51,414 bases of DNA from the NCBI GenBank assembly GCA_050739335.1, contig JBOIBB010000024.1:1-51414 (forward strand). The letters are read 5' to 3'. The stretch is from Gammaproteobacteria bacterium (GTDB lineage Bacteria > Pseudomonadota > Gammaproteobacteria > Natronospirales > REEB76). Below the pieces are notes generated by a model. That model had not been told where the DNA came from. It made no database searches and was given only the letters and a program-made list of their open reading frames with translations. The position numbers were made by a program, and so were the translations under genes. Shown here piece after piece: positions 49,662 to 51,414 of this stretch (the stretch's first letter is position 1; each line of letters starts with the position of its first letter).

Positions 49662-50948
49662 CTAGTCGCGATCGTGCGCCAGTGCGCGCCAGCCGATATC
49701 ACGACGGAAAAAACGTCCCGGCCATGAGATCTGCCCGGCCGTTGCGTATGCGCGGCCCTGAGCATCTGCGAGTGTATCGCCGAGAGCCGTGACACAGAGC
49801 ACGCGGCCACCGTTTGTGACAATGCGGCCGTTTCGTTCGGCAGTGCCGGCGTGGAACACTTTGACGTTGCCTGTCACGGGAAAGGCCAAACCTTCGATTG
49901 CATCGCCCTTGCCGTATTTCCCCGGATAACCTTCCGCTGCCAGCACCACGCCGAATGCAGAGCACACATCCCATTTTGCCGTGGCGCGATCGAGCCGGCC
50001 CGCGAGCGCCGCTTCGCACAGCTCCACCAGATCGGACTTGAGCCGCATCATGATGGGCTGGGTTTCCGGATCGCCGCTGCGGCAGTTGAATTCGATGACG
50101 CGGGGCTGGCCGCTCTTGTCGATCATCAGTCCCGCATACAAAAAACCCGTGTAGGACATACCGTCGGCGGCCATGCCGTCGATGGTCGGCTGAATGATTT
50201 CACGCAGAATGCGCGCGTGGATTTCGCGCGTCACTACCGGCGCCGGCGAATACGCGCCCATACCACCGGTGTTGGGGCCGGTGTCTCCATCGCCCACGCG
50301 CTTGTGATCCTGCGAGGTGGCGAGCGCCAAGGCGTGTTGGCCATCTGCCAGGACGATGAAACTCGCTTCCTCGCCTGCGAGGAACTCTTCGATCACCACG
50401 CGATGCCCCGCCTCACCGAAGACATTGCCAGCGAGCATGTCGCGCACCGCGTGCTCGGCCTCGGCAAGCGTCTCGGCCACGATGACACCCTTGCCCGCCG
50501 CCAAGCCGTCGGCCTTGATCACGATTGGCGCACCGCGCTCGCGTAAATACCCGAGCGCCGTATCCATCTTGGTGAACGTACCGTATTCGGCCGTCGGAAT
50601 GTGATGCCGCGCGAGAAAATCCTTGGCGAACGCTTTGGAACCCTCGAGTTGTGCGGCGGCTTGTGTCGGGCCGAAGCACTTCAGGCCGGCTTGTTGAAAC
50701 CGGTCCACAACGCCGGCCACCAGCGGTTGCTCAGGGCCAACCACGGTCAAGCCGATGCGCTGTGCTTGTGCAAACTCGAGCAAACTGGTGACGTTGTCGG
50801 CGGGGATATCCAGGTTGCGGCATTTCGCTTCGTGGGCGGTGCCCGCGTTGCCGGGCGCCACGTACACTTGCGTGACGCGCGGCGACTGCGCGAGCTTCCA
50901 GGCGAGCGCATGCTCGCGTCCACCGCCGCCGATAACCAAGACTTTCAT
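49662..50948 (-). CDS. purD: Phosphoribosylamine--glycine ligase
   Basis: Starts MKVLVIGGGGREHALAWKL…, an ATP-grasp core of 428 aa. The track start at 50969 adds 7 unlikely residues. No purH lies upstream. Confidence 0.95.
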   Translation of the reverse strand: MKVLVIGGGGREHALAWKLAQSPRVTQVYVAPGNAGTAHEAKCRNLDIPADNVTSLLEFAQAQRIGLTVVGPEQPLVAGVVDRFQQAGLKCFGPTQAAAQLEGSKAFAKDFLARHHIPTAEYGTFTKMDTALGYLRERGAPIVIKADGLAAGKGVIVAETLAEAEHAVRDMLAGNVFGEAGHRVVIEEFLAGEEASFIVLADGQHALALATSQDHKRVGDGDTGPNTGGMGAYSPAPVVTREIHARILREIIQPTIDGMAADGMSYTGFLYAGLMIDKSGQPRVIEFNCRSGDPETQPIMMRLKSDLVELCEAALAGRLDRATAKWDVCSAFGVVLAAEGYPGKYGKGDAIEGLAFPVTGNVKVFHAGTAERNGRIVTNGGRVLCVTALGDTLADAQGRAYATAGQISWPGRFFRRDIGWRALAHDRD

Positions 50949-51066
50949 TCGATCATGCTCCGGGTTCATTTTGTAAGGGCGCTATGGTACGGATAATGTT
51001 TGCGCATGTCTGTGCCGTGCACGCCAGCCGGTTGATATATTACGTTGTCCGTAATACTCTGCGCGC

Positions 51067-51279
51067 ATGATCTGCTCCTTCCGCGGTAAGGATACTGAGG
51101 CGCTGTTTGCAGATCAGCCTGTGCCGCGGTTTCGAGCCATTGAACGTGTGGCGCGCCGCCGTCTGCTGTATCTGCATCGTGCAGCCCGCCTCGATGATCT
51201 GAGGGTACCGCCGGGCAATCGGCTCGAGGCACTCAAGGGCGACCGGGCTGGGCAGCATAGCATCCGCATCAATCGATGA
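51067..51279 (+). pseudogene. higB: HigB-type (COG3549 'killer protein') RelE-superfamily toxin, C-terminally truncated
   Basis: MICSFRGKDTEALF…LRVPPGNRLEALKGDRAGQHSIRIN matches the HigB/killer-protein pattern (…LPG.RLH.LKGDR.G.WSI.VN..WR…). It stops about 20 aa early, right after IRIN. No HTH antitoxin ORF follows within the remaining 135 nt. Confidence 0.55.
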
Positions 51280-51414
51280 GCCATGGAAGCGCGAAGCGCG
51301 AGGCGAAGAGCCTGCGGTAGCCCCAGCGAATGTAGCAGGCCGGAGTCATCGTAGGCGTGCGAAGTTCGCGCCGGGGCGTAAAGCCATTGTGGAGCAAACC
51401 GTGCGGAGTAACGG

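Noticed and set aside
50990-51007. PurR-box-like sequence upstream of purD; the minus strand reads GCGCAAACATTATCCG, with a perfect left half-site CGCAAAC.
   Set aside because: Only about 10 of 16 positions match, the right half is poor, and no similar box occurs upstream of cvpA-purF in this window.

Overview
This is a GC-rich chromosomal window, roughly two-thirds G+C by eye, and almost entirely conserved gammaproteobacterial housekeeping genes in familiar syntenic blocks. The blocks are: DUF2062/comEC-exbBD-msbA-lpxK-trm112-kdsB-ptp; rne <> rluC, maf <> yceD-rpmF-plsX-fabH; an Mla-like 4-gene ABC lipid-transport operon; psd; prmB-aroC; asd-fimV-truA-trpFBA-accD-folC-SPOR-cvpA-purF; a MOFRL kinase and miaE; lpxH; gltX-cysS; and purD. 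I see no rRNA or tRNA genes, no CRISPR array, no intact mobile element and no recognisable defence system. The only accessory-looking stretch is about 6 kb after fabH, where fabD-fabG-acpP-fabF would normally follow. It encodes four signal-peptide proteins: a 1080-aa Asp-box/BNR double-propeller protein, an exported DsrE-like protein, a TsdA-like cytochrome with an extra domain carrying CxxCY, and a dienelactone hydrolase. The exported DsrE-like/TsdA-like pair is my best candidate for an undescribed module, but it is modest. Other points worth a second look:
- A G10 tract lies in the promoter spacer of an outer-membrane beta-barrel gene, a possible phase-variation switch.
- A perfect sigma-54 -24/-12 match lies in an AT-richer accD-folC spacer.
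- Three genes look decayed: yceD, a ppiB remnant and a truncated higB.
- The 3' part of cysS has a segment of atypical codon usage with an insertion.
- A PCuAC-like protein lacks its copper ligands.
- An orphan secreted coiled-coil protein has an operator-like palindrome over its promoter.
Many long antisense ORFs in the track are GC-driven artefacts. All calls come from reading the translations and motifs from memory; no searches were run.
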